A stretch of DNA of 64,000 nt from NCBI RefSeq assembly GCF_036321535.1, contig NC_087436.1, positions 118,174,001 through 118,238,000 on the forward strand, written 5' to 3'. The translations under genes and the position numbers were made by a program. The DNA comes from Camelus dromedarius. Taxonomy: Eukaryota. Below are positions 38,150-49,776 of this stretch, piece after piece (position 1 is the first letter of the stretch; the number at the start of each line of letters is the position of its first letter). The notes beneath the pieces were generated by a model. That model saw only the letters and a program-made list of their open reading frames with translations. It was not told where the DNA came from and did no database searches.

Positions 38150-40855
38150 TTTTAAAATTTGTTTTATTGTGGCAAAATACGTATATAAAAATTTGCCACT
38201 GTAAGCATGATGACGTGTACAGTTCAGTGGTATTAAGTACATTCATATAGTTGTGCAGTCATCACCCCGTCCATCTCCAGAACTCTTTCCATCCTGCAAA
38301 ACTGAAAATCTATACCCATTAAATAACAACTCCCATTGCCCCCTCCCCCAACCCTGGAACTACCATTCTTCTTTCTGTCTCTATGTTTGACCAATCTAAG
38401 TATCTCCTAAAAGCAGAATCATAGGGTATTTGACTTTTGGCGACTGGCTTATTTCACACTTTAGCGTAATGTCTTCAAGGTTCATCCACATTGTAACATA
38501 AATCAGAATTTCCTTCCTTTTTAAGGCTGACTAACAAGGTGGTCCTCCATTCTGTCATTTTTCTATGTGTTTTCATACCTTAGAGCTTTTTGTCTCTCAT
38601 TTCTTTCATTGCTGTCTTCCTTTGTGTTTAATTTTTTGTGGTGAGATGTTCAAGTTCCTGTCTTATTCCTCTTGTGTGTGTTCTGTAGCTGTTTTCTTTG
38701 TGGTTGCCATGGGGGTTTAAATTTAACATCCTATGATTAGAACACTCTAATTTGGATTTATACCAGTTTAACTTAAATAACACACCGGAACTCTGCTCCA
38801 TTACACCTCCATTCCCACTCCTTTCAGGTGCTGATGCCCCAAAATTGCATCTTTACCCATTGTGTGTCTAAGAATATTAACTAATATTTTTAAAATATGT
38901 TGTTCTCTTAAATTAGGTAGCAAGCAAAACATGGGGTTACAAACAAAAGTTATAATACTAACTTTAGATTAATCATTGCTTTTTAAAAAATTACTAATCT
39001 CTTAAATCTTATAGAAAATGAAAAATGGGGTTACACACTTGTTATAACAATACTAGCTTTTGTACTTGCCCAAGTATCCACCTTCATTGAGATCTGTAGT
39101 CCTTCCTATGGCTTCAAGTTACTGTCCAGTGTCCTTTTGTTTCAAACTGCAGGACTCCCTTGAGCACTTTCTACAGGAAAGGTCTAGAGGTAATGAATGC
39201 CATCAGCTTTTGTTTATCTGGGAATGTCTTATTTCCTCACTCACTTTTGAAAGACTGCTGTATATAGGATTCTTGGTTGACAGGTTTTTTTGGTTTGTTT
39301 TTTCCTGATGACTTTGAGTGTATCAGCCCTCTGACTTCTGGCTTCCAAAGCTGACGATGAGAAATCTGAAGATACTCTTATTGAGGATCCCTTGTGTGTA
39401 ACAAGTTGCCTCTCACTGCTTTCAAGTTTCTCTCTTTGTCTTTGTTTCTCACAGCTGGTAATGTGTCTCAGTGTGTGTCTCTTTGAGTTCATCCTACTGG
39501 AGTTCATTGAGCTTCTTGGATGTTTATATTCCTGTGTTTGGTCAAATTTGGGGAGTTTCCAGCCATTATATAGTCAAATATTCTCTCTGCCTCTTTCCCT
39601 CTTGTCTTTCAAAGACTCCTATGATGTGTATATCCCTCTACCCGAAGGTGTCTCACGGGTCCCTGATGCTCTGTTTGCTTTTCTTCAACTCTTTTTTTTC
39701 CTCAGCCTCAATAATTTCCACTGTCTATCTTCAAGTTTGCTTGATTCTTTATTCTGCGTATTGAAACCTGCCTTTGAATCTCTTTAGTGAGTTTTCGTTT
39801 TAGTTATACTTTTCAGCTGCAGAATATCTTTTTGAGTTTTTTTCCTTAGATTTGCTACTTCTTTCTTGTTATTTCCATTTTGTTCATATATTATTCTCTT
39901 GACTTTCTCCATATTTTCCCTTAGTTCTTTGAACATCTCTAAGACCATTATTTCAAAGTGTTTGTCTAGTAAATCTGCCATCAGCTCTTTTTACAGGGAT
40001 AGTTTCTGTTGGTTTATTTTTTTTTCCTTAGAATGGGCCATACTTTCCTGTTTCTTTGTGTGTATTGTGATTTTGTTGTTGAAAGCTAGATATTTGAATC
40101 TAATAATATGGTAACTCTGGAATTAGATTCTTTTCCTTGCTCAGGATTTGCTGCTTTTTGTTTTTGTTTTTGTTTTTGCTATTGTACATTGTCTCTGTGC
40201 CAAGGATCAGCCTGAGGTATAAACTTAAGGTCTTCTCAAGTTCTTTTTCTGAGCCTGAGCTTTTTCCTGTGCATGCATGGTGACTTTCTAATTTTCCCCA
40301 CATATGTGGTTTTAAACATACTAGTCTTTAATGTCTGGCTCCAAAAGAGAAAAAGAAAAAAAAAATGAAGCAGGGGTTGCGGGGAATGGGCATTGGCCCT
40401 TTAATTCCCCTAAAAATCCCTTCAGCCTATAGGGGAAGGGCTCACAACAATTGGGGGAGGTGCAACAATGGCCACCCACCTCTTTGTCTGCACCTCTGTG
40501 ATCAGAAGCAGCAATTAGCAATCAGATCACAGATCTTCACTATCTGGAAGACTGCGTCCTTTTGGCAACCCCCTGCCCCAACTCCTACCAGCTGTGTGCC
40601 AGCTGCTCCTGGAACACATGCGCAGCTGCCTGCTCTGGGGCTGAGGGTGAGGGATGGGTAGCTACCACTGTACTAAGAGCTGAAATTGACCACAATTAAC
40701 TTCAATTTACCATCCAAACCTTTCCTTGGAAGTTATAAGCCCTCATCAGACTCCAGACTTCGAGAATAATTATATCAGACAGATTCTGCCAGTGCAGTTG
40801 TTGTCCAGATGGGACTAGAGATTCCTGGTGCTTCCTACTCCACTGCCTTCCCAGA
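38150..40855 (-). mobile_element. Old L1 (L1M3/L1MB-like) with 5'UTR, ORF1 and 3' end but no ORF2, inserted in an L1ME-like fragment
   Basis: Minus-strand 5' end gggaaggcagtggagtaggaagcaccaggaatc. ORF1 remnants include DLLDKHFEIMVLEMFKELRE and KGSSIRVSSDFSS..LEAR..CQPRILY. The 3' end is L1MB-like (38150-38535). TSD gtcagattctg (38136-38146) / gtcaggttctg (40856-40866). Confidence 0.8.
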
Positions 40856-41318
40856 GTCAGGTTCTGTTTACTAAGTTACATAGTGGCTATAGAGTGTATT
40901 TAATTATTAATTACAAACCACAGGTACACATGTTTTATATGTATATGTGTGTATGTGTGTGTGTGTATATTATATATATATTAGTTCTTATTCAAAATAT
41001 TTTTAAATGACAAAAAAATTGAACAAGATTAAGATAAATAAAATTTAATTCTAAAAACCAGATTTAAAATACACTAGGTAACAATAACATAAAGGATAAA
41101 AAGAAGGGGTGATCATAGTAAAATACTACTTGTATGTTTTTAAAAAAGAAAGTAGAAATACTGTTCAATGCCTTGTAAGTAAGGTATAGATGTTAAAATT
41201 TAAATGTAAGGACTAAAAGTTTAGAAATAGAATACATAGCCAAGAGCAGAACTGAAGAAACTTAATCAACTTACCTGAAAGCAGGTATGAAGGGGGAGAA
41301 GGAAAAAAGCATCATAGA

Positions 41319-41476
41319 CAGAAAGCACTGTACACAAAGATTACAAAGATTATTTATATAAAGATTTTTAAAATATCCAAACTGAGAGTTGGATACTCTA
41401 GTAAATTCAATATGTTTATACTTACAGCAACTGATATATTTTGAATTATTGTAATCTTTGTGTACAGTGCTTTCTG
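41319..41476. repeat. Perfect 28-bp inverted repeat with a 102-bp spacer
   Basis: cagaaagcactgtacacaaagattacaa (41319-41346) and its reverse complement ttgtaatctttgtgtacagtgctttctg (41449-41476). Confidence 0.95.
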
Positions 41477-41613
41477 ACTATATTAAATTTCTTGTAATTA
41501 CCTTTAATGAAAAAAATATGAAAACAAATATATGTGTATATATGTATGACTGGGACATTATGCTGTACACCAGAAACTGACACATAGTAACTGACTATAC
41601 TTCAGTAACAAAA
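41477..41613 (+). mobile_element. Short young L1 3' terminus
   Basis: actatattaaatttcttgtaattacctttaatgaaaaaaa...tatgctgtacaccagaaactgacaca...tgactatacttca. Confidence 0.8.
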
Positions 41614-41854
41614 CCTATATATAGCCTGTTTACAAAAGTCACAGCAAAAACCATGAAGATAGTGAAAAACTTTACATAATGAGTTGTAAAAAGGTAGACC
41701 AGGAAAAGAACATAGGATAAAATTGATGTCACAGCAAAAAAAAAAAATTCAGGATTATGAGAATAACTACAAAATGATAAGTAAGAAAAATTCTCATTTC
41801 TGAATTTGTATGCTGATATAAGACTGAAAAATACATGAAGCAAAAATTGCTGGA

Positions 41855-44800
41855 GAGAAGCTAGATGGTGGAGTAGAAGGACGCTCGTAGCTCACCCTCT
41901 CCCACAAATACACCAAAATTCACATCTACGGACCCACTCAGCCAACCAGAGCACCTGCCGAACTCCAACAGAACCTCGCCCTCTTTGAAAGACAAAAACA
42001 CCAAAAATCTGGTAGGAGGAAAGGGAAAAAGAAAGAAGAAAAGGCAAAACAGTGCAGGACCGGAGGGGGAGCCTCTGAGGCTTGGATCTGTATGGAAAAC
42101 CCCTTGACCGACAGAACCAAGTTAAATGGGCACAAAGGGTCCCTGCGACACCCAGCCTGAGACACGAGCAGGCAGCTGGGGGCCGGGACAGGCTGCCCAA
42201 GCCAAGTGGAGGACTGAGGTGGCTGCACTGAGGCAGCCCGGGGGGACTGCAGGGTGCTGCGTGCCGTGGTTGGGAGGGGATACAGAGCAGAACAACCTGG
42301 GCCCCCCATAAATTACGGGGAAAAAGCAAAGCAACACTGCTGGTGTGCCCTGGGGGGAGGGGCGCCATAGCCTTTGTCTCCTCAGACCCGTGGCGCCATT
42401 ACTGCCACTTCCCCCGAGAAGAGAGGCAGGGCGCAGCCACAGCCGTCATCTCTTCCTGTGCGCAGTGCTGCGGCGGGGGTGGGGCCAAGCCCTGAATCCG
42501 CACCCGGGGGCTCCGCAACCTCCTAGGCAGGACTGAGACATGTTTACAGCCCCAGGCAGATAGGATCTTTCTGCCCTGGCACCTCAGAGAACTTGAGCTG
42601 CCAAGACAAACAAGGAGCTGAGATTTGGCCCGGAGCAGGGGCGGGGCCGTTCTGCAGTCTTCCCCGAGCCCGCCTTCAGAGCGCCCACCCGAAGCAGAGC
42701 GGGCAGCTGCACAGAGCAGCGGAGCGACAGGCGCCGGGAGAGGGTGGGCAGCCACCTGCCATCCTGGCAGGAACTCAGCACCTGACCGTGGTGCTGGAAG
42801 GGGGCGTGATCCACCCGCCTGCCTCCCCCCAGCGCAGCATGACTGTGGTATCAGGAGGGGGAATGACCCACCCACCCACCATGAAGGAGAGCAGCACCTG
42901 ACCCAGTGTTGGGAAGGGGCGCGATCTGCTTGCCGACAGCCACTGGGAGCAGCACAGACCAGGGCACCAATGGAGGGCCTCTGGAAACAGCAAGCTGAGT
43001 TCGGGAAACAGGGCTAAGACAGAAAGACTTCTCGATAAAACATTAAGGCGCACAGTCACCAGGAGAACACATCCTTTTTTTTTTTTTTTTAATTTTTTTT
43101 TATCTGTTTTATTTTCTATTACCTTTTAAAAATTTACTTTGTAAACAATGTATATGTCTCCAGTATTAATCCCTTAAAATTTTTCTTTTAAAATATTTTT
43201 ATTTTTATTACTTTTAAAAATCCACCTCGTTTCATTTTTATTTCTCTTGGTTTTGATCTCCTGTTATTGATTATACGTAGGTCTCAAGTATTGTTTTCTG
43301 ATCTTTTCTCCTTTTTTAAAGGTTTTTAAAAGACGTCTCAACTCAGTTGCTATTCTACTTCAACTTGCTCTTCTATTATTGATCGTACACTGTTTTCAAA
43401 CCTTTTTTTCCTCCATTCTTTTAAAATTCTCTCTCTCTCTTTTTTAAAGTTTTATTCCCGCATAGGCTTTAGATAGGTAAATAAATAAACTGCTTAAGGA
43501 CCACAATAGATAACTGATAATCCTTAAGCCACAGTGCCAGAGAGATATGAGCAGTATGAAGAAGCAGAGGAACCACTCCCAATTAAAAGAGCAAGAGAAA
43601 TCCCCTGAAAGAACGATCAATGAAATAGACATTGATGGCCTACTAGATCAAGATTTCAAAAAAGGACTGATCAAAGTACTGAAGGAACTAAAAGAGAGAG
43701 TGTTTAGAGATATAAAATATGTCAAAAATGAAATTGAAGCTATAAAGAAGAGCCAAGTAGAATTGGTAAACTCATTGGCTGAGCTGAGAGCTGACCTAAA
43801 GGCTGTACAAAGCAGACTAGATAATGCAGAGGAACGAATAAGTGACCTAGAAGACAGGACAACAGAAAGCACCCAATCAGAACAGCTGAGAGAAAAACAA
43901 ATAAAAAACAATGAAAACAATATAAGGGACCTATGGGATAATATAAAGCATGCCAATCTACGCATAATAGGGGTTCCAGAAGGGGAAGAAAGAACAAAGG
44001 GGATTGAAAAGGTATTTGAAGAAATCATGACTGAAAACTTCCCAAACCTAAAGAAGGAATCGGATATCCAAGTACAGGAGGCTCAGAGGGTCCCAAACAG
44101 GAAGAGCCCAAACAGACCCACACCAAGACATACCATAATCAAGATGGCAAGAGTCAAGGATAAAGAAATGATCCTAAAGGCAGCAAGAGAAAAACAAAGA
44201 GTGGGTTACAAGGGAACCCCCATAAGGCGCTCAGCTAATTTCTCTACACAAACACTACAGGCCAGAAAGGAGTGGCAGATATATTCAAAGTCCTGAATGA
44301 AAAAAAGATGCAGCCTAGGATACTCTATCCAGCAAGGCTATCCTTTAGGATAGAAGGAGAAATAAAGAACTTCACAGACAAGCAAAAACTAAAAAGAGTT
44401 TAGCAACACTAAACCCATGCTAAAAGAAATATTGACAGGTCTACTATAAATAGAAATGAAGCAGGATGCTACAAAAATGAGAAACTCGTAACTGGAAAGT
44501 TGATAACTACCATGAATTACAAATAGAATAAACACAAAATTGTAAAAGAAGACATCTAAATCATTAAGAGTGGGAGATGGAAGCAAGAAAATATGGAATT
44601 TTTTTTTCTTCTTTTTTTTTTAATTTTTTTGTTCTCGGTAGGATGGGTTTGAGATTATATTACTATCTGTTTAGTACAAACAGTTATAGTAATAGGTTAA
44701 TAGGCTTACAAAAAAAGGGTAACCACAAGCCAAAAACTTACAAGTTAGTCACAAAAACTAAATAAAATCCAAGATAATACAAAGGAAAATTACCAAACCA

Positions 44801-45474
44801 CAAAAGGAAGAAGAAAGGAACAAAGAGGAAATACCAAATTAAATGCAAAAAGAAGTTCAAAATGGCAATAAACACACATCATTAATTACTGTAAATGTTA
44901 ATGGGCTAAATGCTCCAGTCAAAGACATAGAGTGGCAGACTGGATAATAAAACAAGAACCTTCCATATGCTGCATACAAGAGACCCACTTTAAGAAGAAG
45001 GACCAACAGATGACTGGATAAAGAAGATGTGGTATATTTATACAATGGAATACCATTCAGCCATAAAAACTGACAATATATAACGCCATTTGCAGCAACA
45101 TGGATGTTACTGGAGAATGTCATTCTAAGTGAAGTAAGCCAGAAAGAGAAGGAGAAATACTGTATGAGATCGTTCATATGTGGAATCTAAAAAAAATAAT
45201 AAATACAAAACAGAAACAGACTCGTAGACATAGAATACAAACTTGTGGTTGCCACGGGACTGGGGGTGGGAAGGGACTGGTATTTCAAAATGTGGAATAG
45301 ATAAAAAGATTGTACTGTGTAGCACAGGAAAATATATACAGGATCTTGTGGTGGCTCACAGCGAAAGGGAATGTAACAATGAATGTATGTTCATGTATAA
45401 CTGAAAAATTGTGCTTACACTGGAATTTGACACAACATTGTAAAATGACTGTAATTCAATTAAAAAATGTTTTT
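41855..45474 (+). mobile_element. Young L1 with full 5'UTR and ORF1 but ORF2 almost entirely deleted
   Basis: Perfect 13-bp TSD aaaaattgctgga (41842-41854 / 45475-45487). GC/CpG-rich 5'UTR, then ORF1. ORF2 starts at ATG 44862 (MAINTH..ITVNVNGLNAP..WIIKQEPSICCIQETH) and is fused at ~45003 to the C-terminal DDWIKKMWYIYTME and the 3'UTR. Confidence 0.93.
43547..44449 (+). pseudogene. L1 ORF1p (coiled-coil/RRM/CTD), disrupted near the C-terminus
   Basis: Open for 249 aa (…DLWDNIKHANLRIIGVPEGEE…IQVQEAQRVP…RHTIIKM…KAAREK). An apparent 1-bp loss at ~44278 and 1-bp gain at ~44391 bracket DIFKVLNEKKMQPRILYPARLSF. The original stop TAA is at 44447-44449. Confidence 0.9.
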
Positions 45475-45838
45475 AAAAATTGCTGGAATTATAAGGAAAA
45501 TAAGTCAAATATATGGTGAGAGACTCACACCTCTCTAATGGGGAGACAGATCAAAGGGACAGTAAGTAAGACTCAATTAACTAGTTTAAGCTGATGCAGG
45601 GTAATAGAACTCTGAATGAAACCAAATGAACAGTCAGAGCACTGGATTGGACAAGGTATTATCAGGATATAAAAATGTCAAAAGGTTAGTCTCCAATGTA
45701 TAAATAGCATTTACAAATAACTAACAAAGGATCAAACAGCCCTATACATGAATGGACAATAAATAAGAACTAGCAGTGCACAGAGGACAAGGCCCAAGTG
45801 GAAAATGGATCTGTGGATAAATCCTCAGCCTTACTCAT

Positions 45839-46213
45839 TGTTTTGGACTGAATTGTGTCCACTCAAAATTAATGTATTGAAGTCCTAACCCCTAGTACCT
45901 CATAATGTGACTGATTTCAAAGATAGGGTCTTTGAGGAAGTAAGCAAGGTTAAATTAGGTCATTAAGGTGGATCCTAATCCATTTGATTGGTGTCCTTAT
46001 GAAAGGAGGGAATTTGGACACAGATACACACAGAAGGACAACCATGTGAGGACACAGGGAGAAAGCAGTCATCTGCAAGCCGACGAGAGAGACCTCAGAC
46101 CAACACTTCGATCTCAGACGTCCAACCTTGCTGAATTATGAGAGAATAAATTTCTGTTGTTTAAGCCACCCTATCTATGGGGTTTTGTTAAGGTATCCCT
46201 GCAAACTCATGCA
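45839..46213 (+). mobile_element. MaLR solo LTR (MLT1B/C-like)
   Basis: Bounded by TG...CA with a 5-bp TSD ctcat/ctcac. Reads ttgaagtcctaacccctagtacctca...aataaatttctgttgtttaagccacc. Confidence 0.9.
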
Positions 46214-49162
46214 CTCACAATCAAATACTCTTGGTAGGAATATTTTGTTGCATGTATTTTGGTGAGCATTTTTGCTGGGTAGATACAGAGGAAAGAAATT
46301 GCTGGATAATTGGGCATACATACGTCAGCCTGAGTAGATAAACTACCACATACTTTTCCAAAGTGGTTGGCCAGTTCACACTCCAACCAGTAATGTATGA
46401 GAGTCAAGGCTGATACACACCTTCAGCAACTCCTAACATTGTCAGTAGTTCTTATTTTAGCCTTTTTTTTGTTTTGAGTATGATGAGAAATCACATTTTC
46501 ATTTTGATTTGCATTCTCTCATGAGACTGAACACTGTGTACATGTGTGTGTGTTTATATATACACACACATGCACAGCACCTCTTCAAATCTCTTGCTCA
46601 CTTTTCTTTCAGTTTAAATGGATGAACCTAATATAATTTTATTCACTTTTGAAGGGATGTATTCATATGGCTCATAAAGCAAAAGGGTATGTAGTGAAAA
46701 TTCCTTCTTTTGGTCCTGAAACCAGGCCATCTGGTGATCCTGCCCAGATAACAGTCATCGGTCTTGTGAATATAATTCCAGAGATTTTTATATGTATATA
46801 TATATAACACATATCTAATTTTAGAACATCTCTATCACCCCTAAAAGAAATCTTATATCTGTTAAGCGTCAGTCTTTAGTTCCGGTTCTCCCTGGTCCCT
46901 AGAAACCACTAATCTGCTTTTTATCTCTATGGACTTGCCTATTCCATAAAAATGGAACCCACACAATATGTGGCCTTGGTGACCGACTTCTTTCATTTAG
47001 CCTAATACTTGAGGGTTCATCCATAGTGTGACATGGGTCAATACTTCATTCCTTTTTATGACTGATTCGCCTTCCATTATGTAGATTGACTACATTTTAT
47101 TTATCCGTTCATCCATTGATGGACATTTGGTTTTTTTCCATTTTTGCCTATGTTGAATAATGCTACTCTGAGCATTTGTGTACAGGTTTCTGTGTGGATG
47201 GACCTATGTTTTCAGTTGTCTGGGCACATATCCAGGAGTGTAAGCGTTGGGTCATGCAGTAACTCTATGTTTAATATTTTGAAGAATTGCCAGACTGTTA
47301 TTCCCAGTGGCAACACCATTTGCATTCCCAGCAGCAACGTATGAAGGTTCTCCATCTCCTTGTCAATGTGTCCTATTATCCATCTTTTTCTTTGTAACCA
47401 TTCTAAAGAGTGTGGAACTGTATCTTCTTGTGATTTTGATTTAAATGTCCCTCATGACTACTAATACCATCATTTCATGTACTTGTTGGCCATCTTTATA
47501 TCTTCTTTGGAGAAATGGCTGTTCAGATATTTTGCCCATTTTTAAACTGAGTTGTCTTTTTATTGTTGAATTGTAAGAGTTCTCTATTCTGAATAAATGT
47601 GCTTAATAAGATACATGATTTGCAAATAATTTTCATTCTGTGGGTTGTCTTTTCAGTTTTTTGATGGTATGCTTCAAGGCACAGAAGCTTTTACTTTTGA
47701 TAACATCCAATTTATCTATTTTGTTGTTGTTGTTGTTACTTGTGCTTTTGGTGTCATATCTAAGCAATCTTTGCCTAATCCAGTGATCAGATCATGAAGA
47801 TCTATACCTGTGGCTTTTTCTGAGTTTTAAAGTTTTATCTTTACACTTAGGTCTGTGACCTATTTTGAGTTAATTTTTGTGTGTGGTAAGGGTTGTTTCA
47901 TTCTTTTGCGTGTGGATATTCAATTGTTCCAGCATCATTTATTGAAGAGACTATTTTTCCCCCTATTGCGTTATCTTAGCATTCTTATCAAAATCAATTG
48001 ATCATAAATGTAAAGGGTTTTTTCCTCTGGAGTTTCAATTATCTTACATTGATCTATGTGTCTCTCGTGCCAGTACTGTGCTGTCTTGGTTACTGTAGCT
48101 TTATAATAAGTTTGAAAATGTTAGGGTAAATCCCTTAACTTTGTTCTTTGGAAAGATTGTTTTGCTTATTATGTGTTTCTTGCATTCACATGTAAATTTT
48201 AGTATGTTTGCAATTTCTGCAAAACCTGCAGCTGGACTATTGATAGGGATTGTGCTGAATTTCCAGATGAACTTGAGGAGTATTGTTTTCTTGGTATTTA
48301 GTCTTTTGATCCATGAACATTTCCATTTATTTGTGTCTTGTTTAATTTCTTTCAATGATGTTTTGTAATAGTCAGTGTAAAAGTCTTGTACTTATTTTGT
48401 TAAATTTATTTCTAAATGTTTAAATGATTTTTTCCCCTCCTGCTTGCTTAGTGTTTATTTCACTCTTCTTTTTCTGTTTTCTTAAAGTAGAGGTTTGGCT
48501 GTTGATTTGAGATCTTTCTTCTCTTTAAATACAAGTGTTTATAGCTAAGCACTACTTGAGCTTTATCCACTTTTTATACGTTGCAGCTTTGTTTTCATTC
48601 ACCTCAAAATGTTTTATTTTTATAAATTTAAAAATAATTTCCTTCGGGATTTTTTTCATTGACCCACTGGCTGTTTAGAATTGTGTTATTTAATTTCCAC
48701 ATATTGATGAAGTTTCAAAATTTCCTCCTATTATTGAGACCTTACTTTATTTCTTTGTCATCAGGGAACATAGTTTACATGATTTCAGTCATTTTAAGCT
48801 TGTTGAGACTTGTTTTGTGGTCTAACATATGGTCTATCCTGGCAGACGTTTCATGTTTATGTCAGAAGAATGTGTATTTTGCTATTATTATTTGGGGTTT
48901 TCTATAGATGTTAGTGTTTTTGTTTGCTTGCTTGCTTGTTTTGGTTTTCTGCTGTGTAAAGTAATTCAAGTCTTCTATTCCTTTATCTTTTTCCTAGTCT
49001 TTGCATCCACTGTTGAATGCGGAGTGTTGTAGTCTCCAACTATTACTGTCAGCTTGCTTATTTTTCTCTTCAGTTCTGTCAGTTTTTGATTCATGTGTTT
49101 TGGGGCTCTGTTTTTAGGTACATATATATCTGTAATGTTATATATACACATATGTGTATACA

Positions 49163-49166
<4 letters not shown>

Positions 49167-49221
<55 letters not shown>
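49167..49221. repeat. (TA)n microsatellite
   Basis: Read directly, about 27 units. Confidence 0.97.
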
Positions 49222-49223
<2 letters not shown>

Positions 49224-49732
49224 CTGAATGATTGACAGTTTTATCATTATAAAATATATTTCTTTGTTTCTAGAAACAATTTTAATCTTAAAGTCTATTT
49301 TGGTACAGTATAGTCACTACAACTCTCTTTTGATTACTGTTTGTATGTTTAAACTTTTACCATTATTTTACTTTAAGCCTAATTATTTCTTTGAATCTAA
49401 AATTTGTCTCTTGTCAACAGCATGTCATTGGATCGTTTTTTAAAAAAATCCATGCTGCCAATCTCTGCCCTTTAATTGTATTGTTTAGTCTGTTTGCATT
49501 AATATAATTACTGATAAGATAGTATTTACATGTACCAGTTTGCTATTTTTTTTCTAAATGTCTTATGTTTTTTCCCCTCTATTCCTCCATTACCTCCATC
49601 ATTTGTGTAAAACCAATACTTTCTAGCATACTCTTTTAATGTCCTTGTTACTTCTTTTATTATATCTTTGAGTTAATTTCTTACTTGTTGCCCTGAGGGT
49701 AATAATTAAAATTTTAAGTTAAAGCAGTCTCA

Positions 49733-49734
<2 letters not shown>

Positions 49735-49775
<41 letters not shown>
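49735..49775. repeat. (TG)n microsatellite
   Basis: Read directly, about 20 units. Confidence 0.97.

Positions 49776-49776
<1 letters not shown>

Noticed and set aside
41319..41476. miRNA precursor or known MITE
   Set aside because: The spacer is too long for a pre-miRNA, there is no TSD or recognised TIR, and the sequence appears L1-derived. It is kept as a rearrangement finding instead.
41892..43059. Cluster of overlapping 60-160 aa ORFs
   Set aside because: Stop-poor, GC-rich L1 5'UTR with no recognisable protein similarity.
48975..49247. ORFs with IY/YI repeats
   Set aside because: These are translations of a (TA)n microsatellite inside an L1 fragment.
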